From Hypanus sabinus (taxonomy: Eukaryota): a stretch of DNA of 64,000 bases. The DNA is taken from contig NW_026779564.1 of NCBI RefSeq assembly GCF_030144855.1, positions 682,001 to 746,000 on the forward strand, written 5' to 3'. This document shows, piece by piece, positions 37,431 through 49,199 of the stretch. Numbering within the stretch: the first letter of the stretch is position 1; each line of letters starts with the position of its first letter. A program made the translations under genes and the position numbers. Under the pieces are notes generated by a model. The model had not been told where the DNA came from, did no database searches, and worked only from the letters and a program-made list of their open reading frames with translations.

Positions 37431-37689
37431 ATCAATCACTTTATGTCCAAAGGTCCACGTAACAAAAACACGTTCCCATTTGTTTCTCTTTTCCAGTGTC
37501 TCCGCTTTGGCTCGGGCGAATGCAGAGATGTGAACTGTCTCGATCCTCCGGGTACAAAATGGAAGTAGTCCCCCAACTTACTGAGGGGGCAACCGCTCCA
37601 TCATCCACATCACCGTCGATTGCCTGAAACGTAAATGCAAGAGGATAATCTCATCTCGGAGCAGAGCATCCCATTGACAATATGTTTTC

Positions 37690-39890
37690 TGGAACTCAGT
37701 TACTCGAGGACATTGACTGTCTCCAAGGTGTTTGAGTTGGTTCATATGATACCAACCTAACTTATGTGGAGCGGTCTGAATTCGATATACTGATGGACTG
37801 ACTCTGTCCCGACTAATCTGGAAGGGGTAATGGGGCTCGGCTGATATAGTGACATCATAACCTTCTGTCATATTTTAACCGCCCGCGGTTTTGCTCGCAC
37901 CTCTAAACAAGCATCGCTCTGCCGTTTCTTCCGTCACGTGTTATGGGCGGCATCATAATGAGCCTCCATAAAAGAGTCAATTATTTGCTGTTTGCTATTG
38001 TTCATTCCAATGTATCATACTCGGTCTTCGATAAATCTAACCCTTTCATTTTTTCTCCCGATCGTCAACATAAAACGTTGGATGCTCCTGTACTGAGGGC
38101 TATTCTCAGAACATAGGGTAAGACCGGGACCCATGGGCCGTTTAGTCATTTTGCTTATCTAGCCGATTTATCGGGGTTCTCAGCGGGCACAAACCAAACA
38201 ATTCTTACTATAATGTTGTACATCTCCTCGCAATTTCGGCCACCAACACAGATTCTTCAACTATTCCATAGATCTATCTGAACCTTGATGCCCACAGTTG
38301 CCATGGTGCCAATACATCACTTGATTTCTTTCCCATTTAGGCACCACAGATTTACCATTATTAATTACAATCCGATTCCGTGCCTGCATCACTCGATATT
38401 TCTCAAACTCTTCAGATTCCTCGGCACTTTGTACCTTTTTTAACTCCTGATCCTCTTGCTGTGTCATATGTGTGGGGGGGGAGGGGTTGGGAGTGGCCCC
38501 AAAAGCAAGACACAGACACTGAACTACCAGGAACAGGACTAGGCGTGAGAAGGAAGCAGGGGAAGGAAGGAAGAAAGGACGCTGCACATGACACAGGCCC
38601 CAGACGAGACAAGGAATCCGGGCCTGGGCTAGGTCCTGACTAGGATGGGGAACCTGGACATCGAACCGAGGACTAAGAGCCTGGCCTTGGACTCCGAGCC
38701 AGAGACTGGACAAGGACCCAGAACCTGGGTCTTGACTCGGGCTCGGACTCCAGAACCAGGCGAGGACATGAAGAGGTTACAGGACGGGACGTGAGACTCA
38801 TGAACTGGCAGGCGTACCCCAGCACAGGACGAGGGAACCCCAGCACCGGGATGGGCACGGAACTCCTGGGCTGGGCGATGCACATGGACAAGACGAGAAC
38901 ACATAGCCGTGGCTTGGACAGGACAATGATCTTAGACGTGATTGGGACGGGACGAGACCCCGAAGCCTTGACTTGGTCGAGGGAGAGGCAGGAACGCAGA
39001 GACTTGATCGAGGAAGAACGGGAGCGAAGGACACTGAGCCTGAGTCGAGGGAGAGTCAGGAACATGGAACACCGAGCCGGGACCCCTCCTTGGGTACAGG
39101 ACATAGGGCCGGGACTCATCACACAGAACGCTGAACACGACGACACAGTTCCCAATGCTAGGCAGCGGCAAAACGGCCGGACCTACCTAGCGAAGGCGTG
39201 GACACAGACAGACAGTTCCAATGAGGGCGAGGTTCCAGACACAGGCAAGGCGAGGAAAGGCTGCAGAGAGGCAAGGCAGGGCGAGGCAAGGCTCCAGGCA
39301 GCGGCAAGGCAGGGCGAGGAAAGGCTGCAGAGAGGCAAGGCAGGGCGAGGCAAGGCTCCAGGCAGCGGCAAGGCAGGGCGAGGAAAGGCTGCAGACAGAG
39401 GCAAGGCGAGGCGAGGCAAGGCTCCAGGCAGAGACAAAGCGAGGCGAGGCAAAGCTATGCTATGCTAGGCCTCAGGAGGAAGGTGAAGGGAATGGATGCA
39501 GACAAGGGGTTTGGACAGAAACAATCCGGCAGCCAGAGGCTGAATCGTGAAGCTACTTATGAAGCAGCCCAAACGAGAATCAGTTGCCTGAACAGATACT
39601 GGAGAAACCCGGAAATCCTGGAATAAGGAATTGGGACTGGACCGTGAACCGCAATGCGGTTTTCACAGACCGGACCATGACATGCTGTGTCATGACTAAG
39701 TCTATATGTGTACCGATTGATGGTTTCTCTCACTCACCAGCCTTCCTGCTCCCTTCCCGGAAAGTCTAACTGAGCATTCAACTTTTTGTTAAATTAGGTG
39801 TTTCCTCTTCCCTTCTAAAATATGTACATCAACAAGGGAGCTGATAGTACAGGTTTGCCATCTTTTGAGATATACCCCCCAGCTTCCAGA
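37690..39890 (-). mobile_element. Degraded Gypsy/retroviral pol (RNase H end to integrase), split by a solo LTR
   Basis: Minus strand: VVPKWERNQVMYWHHGNCGHQG and LCWWPKLRGDVQHYSKNCLVCA form the HHCC zinc finger; PFQISRDRVSPSVYRI...WYHMNQLK is the integrase C-terminus. Removing 38462-39687 restores IDLVMTQQEDQELKKV. Confidence 0.8.
38462..39682 (-). mobile_element. Solo LTR, 1221 bp, 5-bp TSD TGCTG, with an internal 64-bp GC-rich tandem repeat
   Basis: Termini TGTCAT...ATGACA. TGCTG at 38457-38461 and 39683-39687. Repeat at about 39245-39455 with period 64. Confidence 0.8.
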
Positions 39891-39944
39891 ACGGTAAATA
39901 TTAAATCAAAGCACACGTGTAGGCAGTGACTGAAGGGAGATGGG

Positions 39945-42550
39945 TCGTGTACAGTCATCAGAGTTTAGTCTCATTCGGTATCTTGTTCAGAGCAGAAGTT
40001 GTGAGTCAATGGGCTTGTTCCCGTGCTGTACTGTTCCCAGGATCCCAACATGTCCATGTGACGTGTTCACCTTGTAATATTAATCTATTAATCATCAGCT
40101 GCCCATTCTCCTCCATTCATCTCGTTCTTCTGCACTGGTGAGTGTAATATAGATCACGGTGTCTTGCTACACAGGAACAAATTCTTCCGTCCACCATGTC
40201 CCTGACGAGCGGAACATTCCCGGCTAAGCTGTGACGTAACCAGTGACGCCAAATTCTCCGGATTTCATCAATTAACCGGATGCTGCAATTTGGAATTTTG
40301 GGAAATTCCAACTTTGAAAATTTACCTTCCCTCGCATTCCTATTCACAAACTCATTCGGTGCTGCACAGAACAACGTAGACACAATTTTATCAATGGGAA
40401 AGGCATGGCATTTGCAGACAATTCTGAGGTTATCTAAGAAAATCGAAATGAATATTATATTATTTATGAGTGGGACATAACTCGAATAGACTAATGGTCT
40501 GGTGCACATTGAGAAATATGTGACAGAATCGGCAAACATAACAGAGCAGATCACGGTGAAGGTAGCAATTTAGAATTGCTGAGAGGAAATGTATTCACAT
40601 AAATACTGCTGGAACATGCAACGCTCTGCCTCAGTTGGTCTTATGTGGAGCAAATTATTAATTTAATTACTCACTCATTTATATAAATTAATGAATTTAT
40701 TTAATTTGATCATTTTCATTCAACATTTACGAGGTTGTTTTGCGAAACCACAGAAAGTTGCAAATCACGTGCTGCTCAATTGGTTCTATGTGGTTGAGTA
40801 AAAAATAGCGTGCAGAATGATGTCGGGCCGAATGGTCTGTTTGCCATATGATTCTACGACGCTGAATGTCCTGCTGGATACAGCCGTCATCATTCATCGG
40901 TGCACTGTCCATCTCACAATCATAACAAAAACCGACTGCAGGAGACTCGTGCTCTAAAAATAGCTCATGGAATACAGAATCTATTTTAAGATTATTTACC
41001 AGGTTTGACGGACAGCTGGGAAAAAAAGGAGAAAAAATACACGTGCTCAGAATGCATCAGAGTCTCACAGGTACAGGACTGAGAAGACACACTTAACGGT
41101 GGATCCGAGGCAGATAAATGGAAAATGAAACCCACACTCTCACATAGTAACAGAGAATGACAGATACGGAATGAAACCCACACTCTCACACTGTAGCAGA
41201 GAGTGACCGATACACAATGAAACCCACACTCTCACACTGTAACAGAGAGTGACAGACACCGAATGAAACCCGCTCTCTCACACTGTAACTGAGACTGACA
41301 GATACAGAATGACACACACAGTCGCACACTCTACAGAGACTGGTATGTACAATATAAAATGCACACTCTCACACTGTGACAGAGACTGGTATGTAGACTA
41401 TGAAATGCACACTCTCACAATGAACCAGAGAGTGAGAACTAAAGAACCGGACACTCCCAGTCTGTACCAGGGACTGATATCTATAAAATGATCCCCACAC
41501 TGTCACATTGCACCGGAGACTGGTGAGTACTGGACGAACCACCCCTCCACACTCTACCGCAGACTGGTGGGTACAGGATGGACCACCCCTCCACACTCTA
41601 CCGCAGACTGGTGGGTACAGGATGGACCACCCCTCCACAATCTACCGGTGACGGGCAGGTGAAGAATGGAACCCACACTCTTATATTATCCGACTGAGTG
41701 TCTCCCGTTTGTCGATTGTCTCTGCACTGCTATCGTTCTCACTCACTAATTCTGCATTTTATGTCAACTGCATATTAACCCTCTCTTCATTTTCACCTTG
41801 TGATCAACTGCATGCTCAATCCTATCCTCTCTCTGGTCGATTGGCCTATTACTCTGTTCTCCCAATTTATTGTTGTTCTTCTTTTATTCTGCTGTAAATA
41901 ATCTTTGCTTCTGCAACATGGCCTTGCAGCTGTTTCAATTCCGCTTTTGCTTCTTCAACCCTTAATCGAAATGCCGACTCCACCGTGAAACATCGTGTTC
42001 AGCGCGTTCCGATTGGGAAGAGAAAGGCATGAACTGGGAGATCGACAAAGAATTTAATATATGTACTGACGTTCATGTGTGTTTGTGTATGTGTGTGGAT
42101 GTTGAGTCCATGTGTTTGTGTTCACGACTGTGTGTGTGTGTATTCGTCTGAGCGAGTGTGTGCCAATATTGGATTTTAATATTGCTTTATGTGATGGGGT
42201 GGCCCTACTTTTCGGTCCTGCATTTATTTCTGCAGGGCACTGCGAAGGTAATGCCAAGGACACGGGCATTTTTATGTTCAACCATGAGAAGAATCGGAAT
42301 GAAATCTACAGACGGCAGAAAGTATTTTATTTTATAACGGTATTCACACCAGGGAGAAACCTGTTGATGGTTGTGCTCGTAACCCCCAGGACAGTGAGTG
42401 ACAGCCTTATCAGCCCATTGTATTCCTACAGCTAAGTGAAACAGTATTTCAGTATTTAACTGTTCCTCAGGTGGATTCCACACCGGCTTTGTCCGTCACT
42501 TTACAGTTTCAAACTCCACAGCACGAGTAGGAAATTTTATACATACTCGT
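39945..42550 (+). repeat. Cassette copy B (46-bp minisatellite at about 41120-41440; 44-bp GC variant x3 at about 41520-41650)
   Basis: Collinear with copy A without the Rex1 insert. Confidence 0.85.
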
Positions 42551-44702
42551 GATAAGATATTTAAGAGGTGCACACTTTAGCAGCTTAATGCGCACTTTTT
42601 TCCTGAATCAACTTCTTTCTGAAATCCAACTTCGAAAATCACCTGGTGACTCTGCAATATCGTCACTGGTACTTCATTGCATTAAAACCGGTGTTGAATA
42701 TTTTCTGTTTTTCTCTGTCTGGTACAGCAGCGGACAATGTCTGTAATGCTGGGGTCATTGGTTTGCATTTCGCGCCGCATACTCGCCAACATCTGTGTTT
42801 GCGACTGACTCCGGTAAAAGTGCAAACAGTGAGGGTTTGCGACAGAAAAAAACAACAACATTAATGCTAATGTATCATATCCAAAAAAAAAACCACCGGA
42901 GAATGAATCATATTAAAGCTGCAAAATAACAAGACAGAGAATCCACTCGCAATGTGAGAGCGCTGATGAGGTGGACTCACCCACAGGATTACACACTACT
43001 GTCGTCACTAGCGATGCGCAGTTAATGTCCTGTCATTACACGGAGTAGTTTGACAACAACTCAGTTTTGCAGTCCCAGCGTCAGCCGCCTCTTGAGGCTT
43101 TAAGAATGGTGTTGCGTTCAGTTCAATGGAATAAGGCGTGTTGCTTCCCCACTGGCATTACAATTCGTTAGAGCAGAGAAATAATTGTTAATTAGCAGTA
43201 ATTAGCAACAATCAATGAACCAGTTATTTTCAACATTGGTAACCGATTATCTACAGAAGAATGTCATTCTGTGCTGCAGCTACATTGAGGACGGAAACAT
43301 CCAGACGCGGTGGACTGTCAACAACGTGTGATCCGTGAAGAGTTTTAACCAGTCGGTTCGAAAGAAATTTGCTCTCTGGGCTTTGTTATAACTGCTTGAG
43401 TTCATTTACTAGCTATTTACAACTTTTATGCCGTTTAGAAATAGGGAACATTCCGAACAGAACTGTAAATACTGTAAATGTGGATTAACGTACCACATTT
43501 GCATTGGAACATTTTAGAGCTTCAATGTATTTTTTGTTTAAAGTTTGCTTCATTGTTTCAAGTTACAACACTGTCAAAGATGGGAACAATAAAGACAGAA
43601 ACCACCAACGCCGTTCAGTCAGAACATTTCACTTTGGTATACTCCCTGTCAGAGGTGACTACCTGACAGGGTTTACCTGTGTTGTGAGTTATGTTTTGTC
43701 ATTGTTTGACAAGCATATTACAGATTTAAAAAAAAATAAAGTGCTGTGCACTTTGCAAACCGTGTAAAAATGTTCTGCTCAGCGCAATGGTTTGTCCACG
43801 AAGCAGCAATGGAAATAAAGACGGAAGATTGCTGGGGTGCAAGATTTTGGTTTCAGAATCTGACTTTGCCATCGAACAATAACTAAAACCGTTGTAAAGA
43901 AGCATAGATGCGCACTTTAATAACACTACCTCTTTCCTTGGTGATAGGCGATTGGAGTTCATGAACACTTTTGGACGCCCTGTTATAGGAAAGGCAGAAT
44001 TACGCTGAGAAGAATGCACATAATATTTACTAAGATGCTGCGTGGACTCCAGGGCCTGAGTTACAGGGAGAGTTTCAGCCGAATTGGATTTTATTCCTTG
44101 AGGCAGGTGATTGACGGATAGCTGAATAGAGTTGCATAAAGTCATGATAATGTATAGATACTGCCTTTCATCTCCGTGAGGTAAGTTAATCGTGAACAAA
44201 AGGGGGTAGTTTTAACTTCAGAGGGCAGAAATGTAGTTTGATTCCGAGCGACGGTTTCTCACACAGAAGTTGCTCTGACAAAGGAAAAGGGCGATAGAGG
44301 TTCATTAACAAAATTTAATATGCACCTGGACAGTTTGAGAAATGTGAAAAACTTAGAGAGATGAGATCAAAACGGGAACAAACGAGACCAGCTCAGATGG
44401 CCATGTCGGTCGGCATGGAAATATTGGGCCGAAGGACCCGTTTCTGTGATCCATCATTCTTGGACTCTGCTCATCGCTGCTGTGTCCGTGAAGGTGAAGA
44501 GATTAATGTGAGCATGCGCTACTGTAAAATGCTTTATAATGTGCTCAGCTGTTCAAACTAATCACATATAGATGGGTATGTATTGCTTCCTCTGATAATG
44601 TCCAGCAGTGATGAACGAACAACTGATGGCTGTATTTCTGCACAAATTGGATTTGATTTTCTTTTTTTTTTCTTATTTTTGGTCATTTTTGATTCACTGC
44701 AG

Positions 44703-45013
44703 TTACTCTTGTGGCGATCATCATACTCAGCCGAGGAAACTGCGGTCTCTCCAAATGCGTCACGCGTTACCTGGTGGCGATGGCTGCGGCGGATCTAATG
44801 GTGGTGATTATCGAAGTCCTGTTCTACCAGATTGGTCGAGCATCCAGATTAGGTTACGGAGTCCGGGACAACGCTCCGTTCTGCCTTGTCCACTACGACC
44901 TGTGTCACGTGGCCGTTGACTGTTCCGTGTGGTTTACTGTCGCTTTCAGTTCCGATTGTTTTGCGGCCATTTGCTCCGCTAAATTTAAAACGAAATACTG
45001 CATCCCCAAAATT
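44703..45013 (+). pseudogene. G4: truncated GPR139-like GPCR exon 2 (TM1 to ICL2), G1 subfamily
   Basis: T-rich tract plus CTGCAG acceptor (ends 44702). Reads VTLVAIIILSRGNCGLSKCVTRYLVAMAAADL...FSSDCFAAICSAKFKTKYCIPKI (DRF changed to DCF), then switches abruptly to LINE RT. Exon 1 and the 3' half were not found. Confidence 0.88.
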
Positions 45014-46700
45014 GTGGGTACCCACAGCTCTAATCTGCTAATTAAATTTCCGAGGACACTGTATTGATTGGCCCTAGACAATAACGAGATAGCCTACAGT
45101 GAAGAAGTCATCTCTCTGACACAGTGGTGTCAAGAAAACAACCTCTCCCTCAATGTTGCTAAAACGAAGGATCTGATTGTGGACTACAGGAGGAATGGAG
45201 ACGGGATAACCCCTGTTGATATAATTGGATTTGGGGTTGAGAGGGTGAACAGCTTCATGTTCCTCGACATAAACATCACGTTGTTTGTGAACTCCAGGTG
45301 TGTTGTGAAAAAGGCACAACGGCACTTATTTTCGCTCAGACGGTTGAGGAAATTTGGCATGAGCCCCTAAACCCTAAGGGCTTTCTAAAGGGTCACAATT
45401 GAGAGCATCCTGATTGGCTGCATCACTACCTGGTATGGGAACTTTACCTCCTTTACTCGCAGGATTCTGCAGAGTGTGGTGCGGACAGCTCAGCACATCT
45501 GTAGTTGTGAACTTTCTATTGTTACGTACTCGTGATACATGACAGTGGAGCCCTTGTCATGTGACTGGGGTTGAAGCTGTACTGGACTTGAGGTGATGGT
45601 CTTGTGATGGTGGAATGACGTCATTTTCCCGCCAGTAGAGATCATGTGACGGGTTTTTTTTACAGGTTATAAAAGGTAGACCCCACCCTGTGAGGAGGGG
45701 CAGTTCGTGGCTGGATTTGCCAGGTTGACTTCATGCCACTGCGTGTTTGAAGTGATGACGCAGTTTAGTTGAAGGATGAAGTTTTTATTTAATGTCTAAA
45801 GTTTAAAAGGTCATTGCCAGCAGGTTCTTTATGAGTCTGTTATTTCGCAATTAGAGGAGAGTGAAGATTCAAGGTTGGAAGTTAAAGATCGAGGAGAATC
45901 GCTTTCTACGGTGAAACGGGGGCGACCTTTGTTTGATCCTTATTTGGAAGGATTTCGTTGACTATCTTCGTGTTAATCCCTGGGTTTACCAGAAAGGATT
46001 GAGGATAGTGTGGAAGGAAAGGTCAGTGCCTTTAAGCCGATCTGTTTCGTAAATTCTTCGTGGGAAGTTCGACGTCGGGGATCGAAGTAAGCGACGTGAA
46101 AGAGAATTTAAATCGTCCTGTAAAGTCTCTCCTTTTAAATGGACTGTGAGCATATCGAACTTTTGGCAATACCACTTTAAAGAACTGTTTTGGAATATCA
46201 CTTTACGAACTGTTTGAACAGCCGCTCAGCAGCTGTTTCCGGTTACGGTAGTGTTTGTTTACTTTTGGGGGGTTTGTTTTCTGTGTTTACTAAACGTGTT
46301 GTTTGTTATAAGAAACCCTTGCCGATCTCATATATTTATTGTTGCCTGAATACGTAACACTATGATTCAGGACATCTACAAAGACAGGTGTAAAAAAGCG
46401 ACCAAAGTATCACTGGGGACCAGAGGCACCCCAACCACAAACTGTTCCAGCTGCTCCCATCCAGGAAATAGTACTGCAGCATAAAAGGCCGGACCAACAG
46501 GCCCCGGGACATCTTCTTCCACCAGACCATCAGACTGATTAACTCACGGTGATTTGAGTGTATTTCTATGTTACATTGACTGTTCTACTTATTATAACTT
46601 ACTATGATTTCACGTTGCACATTTAGACAGAGACGTGACGTAAGTATTTTCCTCTTCATGTGTGTGAAGGACGTAGGAAATAAAGTCAATTCAATTAAAT
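45013..46700 (+). mobile_element. 5'-truncated Rex1-like LINE (interrupted by an LTR)
   Basis: THSSNLLIKF, YSEEVISLTQWCQENNLSLNVAKTKDLIVDYRR, KKAQRHLFSLRRLRKFG. Resumes after the LTR and ends aataaagtcaattcaatt. Confidence 0.85.
45520..46359 (+). mobile_element. Complete solo LTR, 840 bp, 4-bp TSD CTAT
   Basis: TGTTACGTA...TACGTAACA inverted termini. CTAT at 45516-45519 and 46360-46363. Internal TGACGTCA and TATAAAAG. Confidence 0.92.
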
Positions 46701-46844
46701 TCCTCCCTTGACTGACAGCAGCTGTTCTGCCGGTTTCTCAACTATCCACCCGGTTTACGCATTCCGAGGTTTCATTGTCTCTTTTTGCGCTCTAATTGTA
46801 TTGACCTGTGACCCTGTTTGACGGGTCTTGCGTTGCAAGCAGCT

Positions 46845-47505
46845 GGATTGAAAACAATTACTGCGAATTGAAAACGTTGTGTCTGTAGGCACTGGAGTTT
46901 ATCAGTATGAAGGGAGATCTCGTGGCAAACGATCGGACATTGAAAGCTCTCGATACAGAGGATTGGAAACAATCACTGCGGATTGATAACGTTGTGGCTG
47001 TAGGCACTGGAGTTTATCAGTATGAAGGGAGATCTCGTGGCAAACGATCGGACATTGAAAGCTCTCGATACAGAGGATTGGAAACAATCACTGCGGATTG
47101 ATAACGTTGTGGCTGTAGGCACTGGAGTTTAGCAGTAAGAAGGGAGATCTCGTGGCAAACTATCGAAAATTGAAAGCTCTCGGTACAGAGGACTTTGAAA
47201 GGACGTTTCCTACAGTGGGGAGTCTGGGACCAGAGATCAACGCCTCAGAATTGAAAGACATCCAATTAGAACAGAGATGGGAAAAATTCTTCAGCCAGAG
47301 GGAAGTGAATCTGTGGGATTCTTTGGCTGTGCAGTCCAAGGTATTAGTTATATTTAAGGAGGAGTTTGCTAGATTAAAGACGATGATGAGGAGAAGGCAG
47401 GAAAACAGTCTTTAAAGGGATAATAAATGAGTCATAATGGAATGGCGGAGCGGGCCCGATTGATAGAATGGCCTAATTCTGCTCCTAAGGCCTTTGGTCT
47501 TATGG
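46845..47505 (+). repeat. 115-bp tandem repeat (about 3 units) derived from a CR1 3' segment, followed by a CR1 tail
   Basis: actggagttt recurs at 46891, 47006 and 47121; CR1-type 3' end (cctaattctgctcct) follows. Confidence 0.8.
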
Positions 47506-49199
47506 AATTTATTCTGATTCAGCGACACATGGCGTCAGTTTCTCAAGTCTTCTACACTTGTTCTAAGAGCTTAAACCGTAAATCCAAATGGAAATCATCA
47601 GGTGACCTTCTATCTGAAGTTTCTGCTGGACTGAATATATAATCATTCTCCAATATTTTTCACCGGTTTTTCATTAGCACTTTATTTAGATATTACTGGG
47701 TGAATCTCTGTGACGTGAAATTAGTTATGCTTCTTCCTCTGAACCAATCATATTCTCTCCAGTCAGTGTGTGTCATGCCCACGCATCATCAGGCTCAAAC
47801 ACTTTACGGAAAACGCTCCAATCAGTGGAACAACTTTATGTATTGATCGAGTCGCCACCTTTGAAAATGCCACTTCGTTAATTCGGGATTTATGGGAACA
47901 TATTGTGCAACCCGGAATTGGTAAATGACTTTTAAAAAGTTAAGTTATTAAGAAGTTGTTTCCAGAAACACCAGAATCTTCCGGACATTCCTACACACGT
48001 TGTGCCGCTTTGTTTCCCGTTACCCTTTCCGAGGAAAGGTTGCAGAAAGGGTGGGTTTGATAATTTAAAACTCAGGCAGATTATTTTGCATATTTAGCTC
48101 CTAACGTGAAAACTATGCCCGACAAAGCCGTGGTTCATTTTGTATTGCTTAGGAACTAACATTGAAATGCTGAAGCTTCTGGAAGATTCTAGGTCTCTTC
48201 CTGCGCCTTTTCTAATTCCACATGCGTGATCAGCCGGTAAAATCAGCCGGGCACAATCGGCTATGGCCAGGCGTTATCAGCCAGTTGGGATAAATGTCAT
48301 TACGCGATGAAAACTCATTTAATATTATACAATTTAAGCAAAAGATCGTTCAGTCGTGATGCAGACCCGCACCAGCTCTCTGAGTTTATCCGAAGGGGTA
48401 GTATTTCAAATTAGCGAGTGTCAGTGTGATGGCAATAAATGAAAACTCATTTCATTGGAGTGTTTTCCGAGATGAAAACTGATAGAACATAAAACCTGAA
48501 AAATGTACAAGAATAATTAGTAACAATGGAGATCTGACCTCATATCCGGCATTGAAAACGGACGAAACATATTAAACTCAGATTTTCCGGGGTTGTTTTC
48601 TCTCCTGCAGTTACATTTCCGGATCCTCACTCTCCAATGCCATTATTTAATCCCTTCATACATTTCTCCTATCTCGTGATGCAGGATCGCTGATACAGTC
48701 AAGCAATCATAAATATCAATTGTAAATGAACCGAATCAATTGCTTGTCTTATCAGTAGGCAGTGAAAGTGATCGGGAACAAGCCGGACTGTGGGTTTACA
48801 CAGCTAAACCAAATGACATATACAACCACATGTCGCTATGGAACCACCTTCCCAGACAAAGTGGGAGGGGGGATTTTATTCTATTGATTTATTCTGAACG
48901 AATTCATATTTCCTGCAACTTTCAGAGATTCTGAGCACAATCCCAATGCTCCATGCTAATTGGAAGACGAAAAAATTGGGCTAACCACGGTGTTCCCTCC
49001 ATCTGATAAACTATCTGCTNNNNNNNNNNNNNNNNNNNNNNNNNNNNNNNNNNNNNNNNNNNNNNNNNNNNNNNNNNNNNNNNNNNNNNNNNNNNNNNNN
49101 NNNNNNNNNNNNNNNNNNNNNNNNNNNNNNNNNNNNNNNNNNNNNNNNNNNNNNNNNNNNNNNNNNNNNNNNNNNNNNNNNNNNNNNTCATAATACTTA

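Noticed and set aside
38673-39550. Arg/Gly-rich ORFs up to 225 aa
   Set aside because: They lie inside a solo LTR with a GC-rich tandem repeat.
43210-43290. Candidate exon 1 for G4 (EPVIFNI resembling YPVIWRI)
   Set aside because: No in-frame ATG, no YYP/GxP motif and no correctly placed donor.
46705-46740. Resumption of G4 after the LINE (tctgccggtttct similar to G1 tctgtcggtttct)
   Set aside because: Isolated 13-nt match with no extension.
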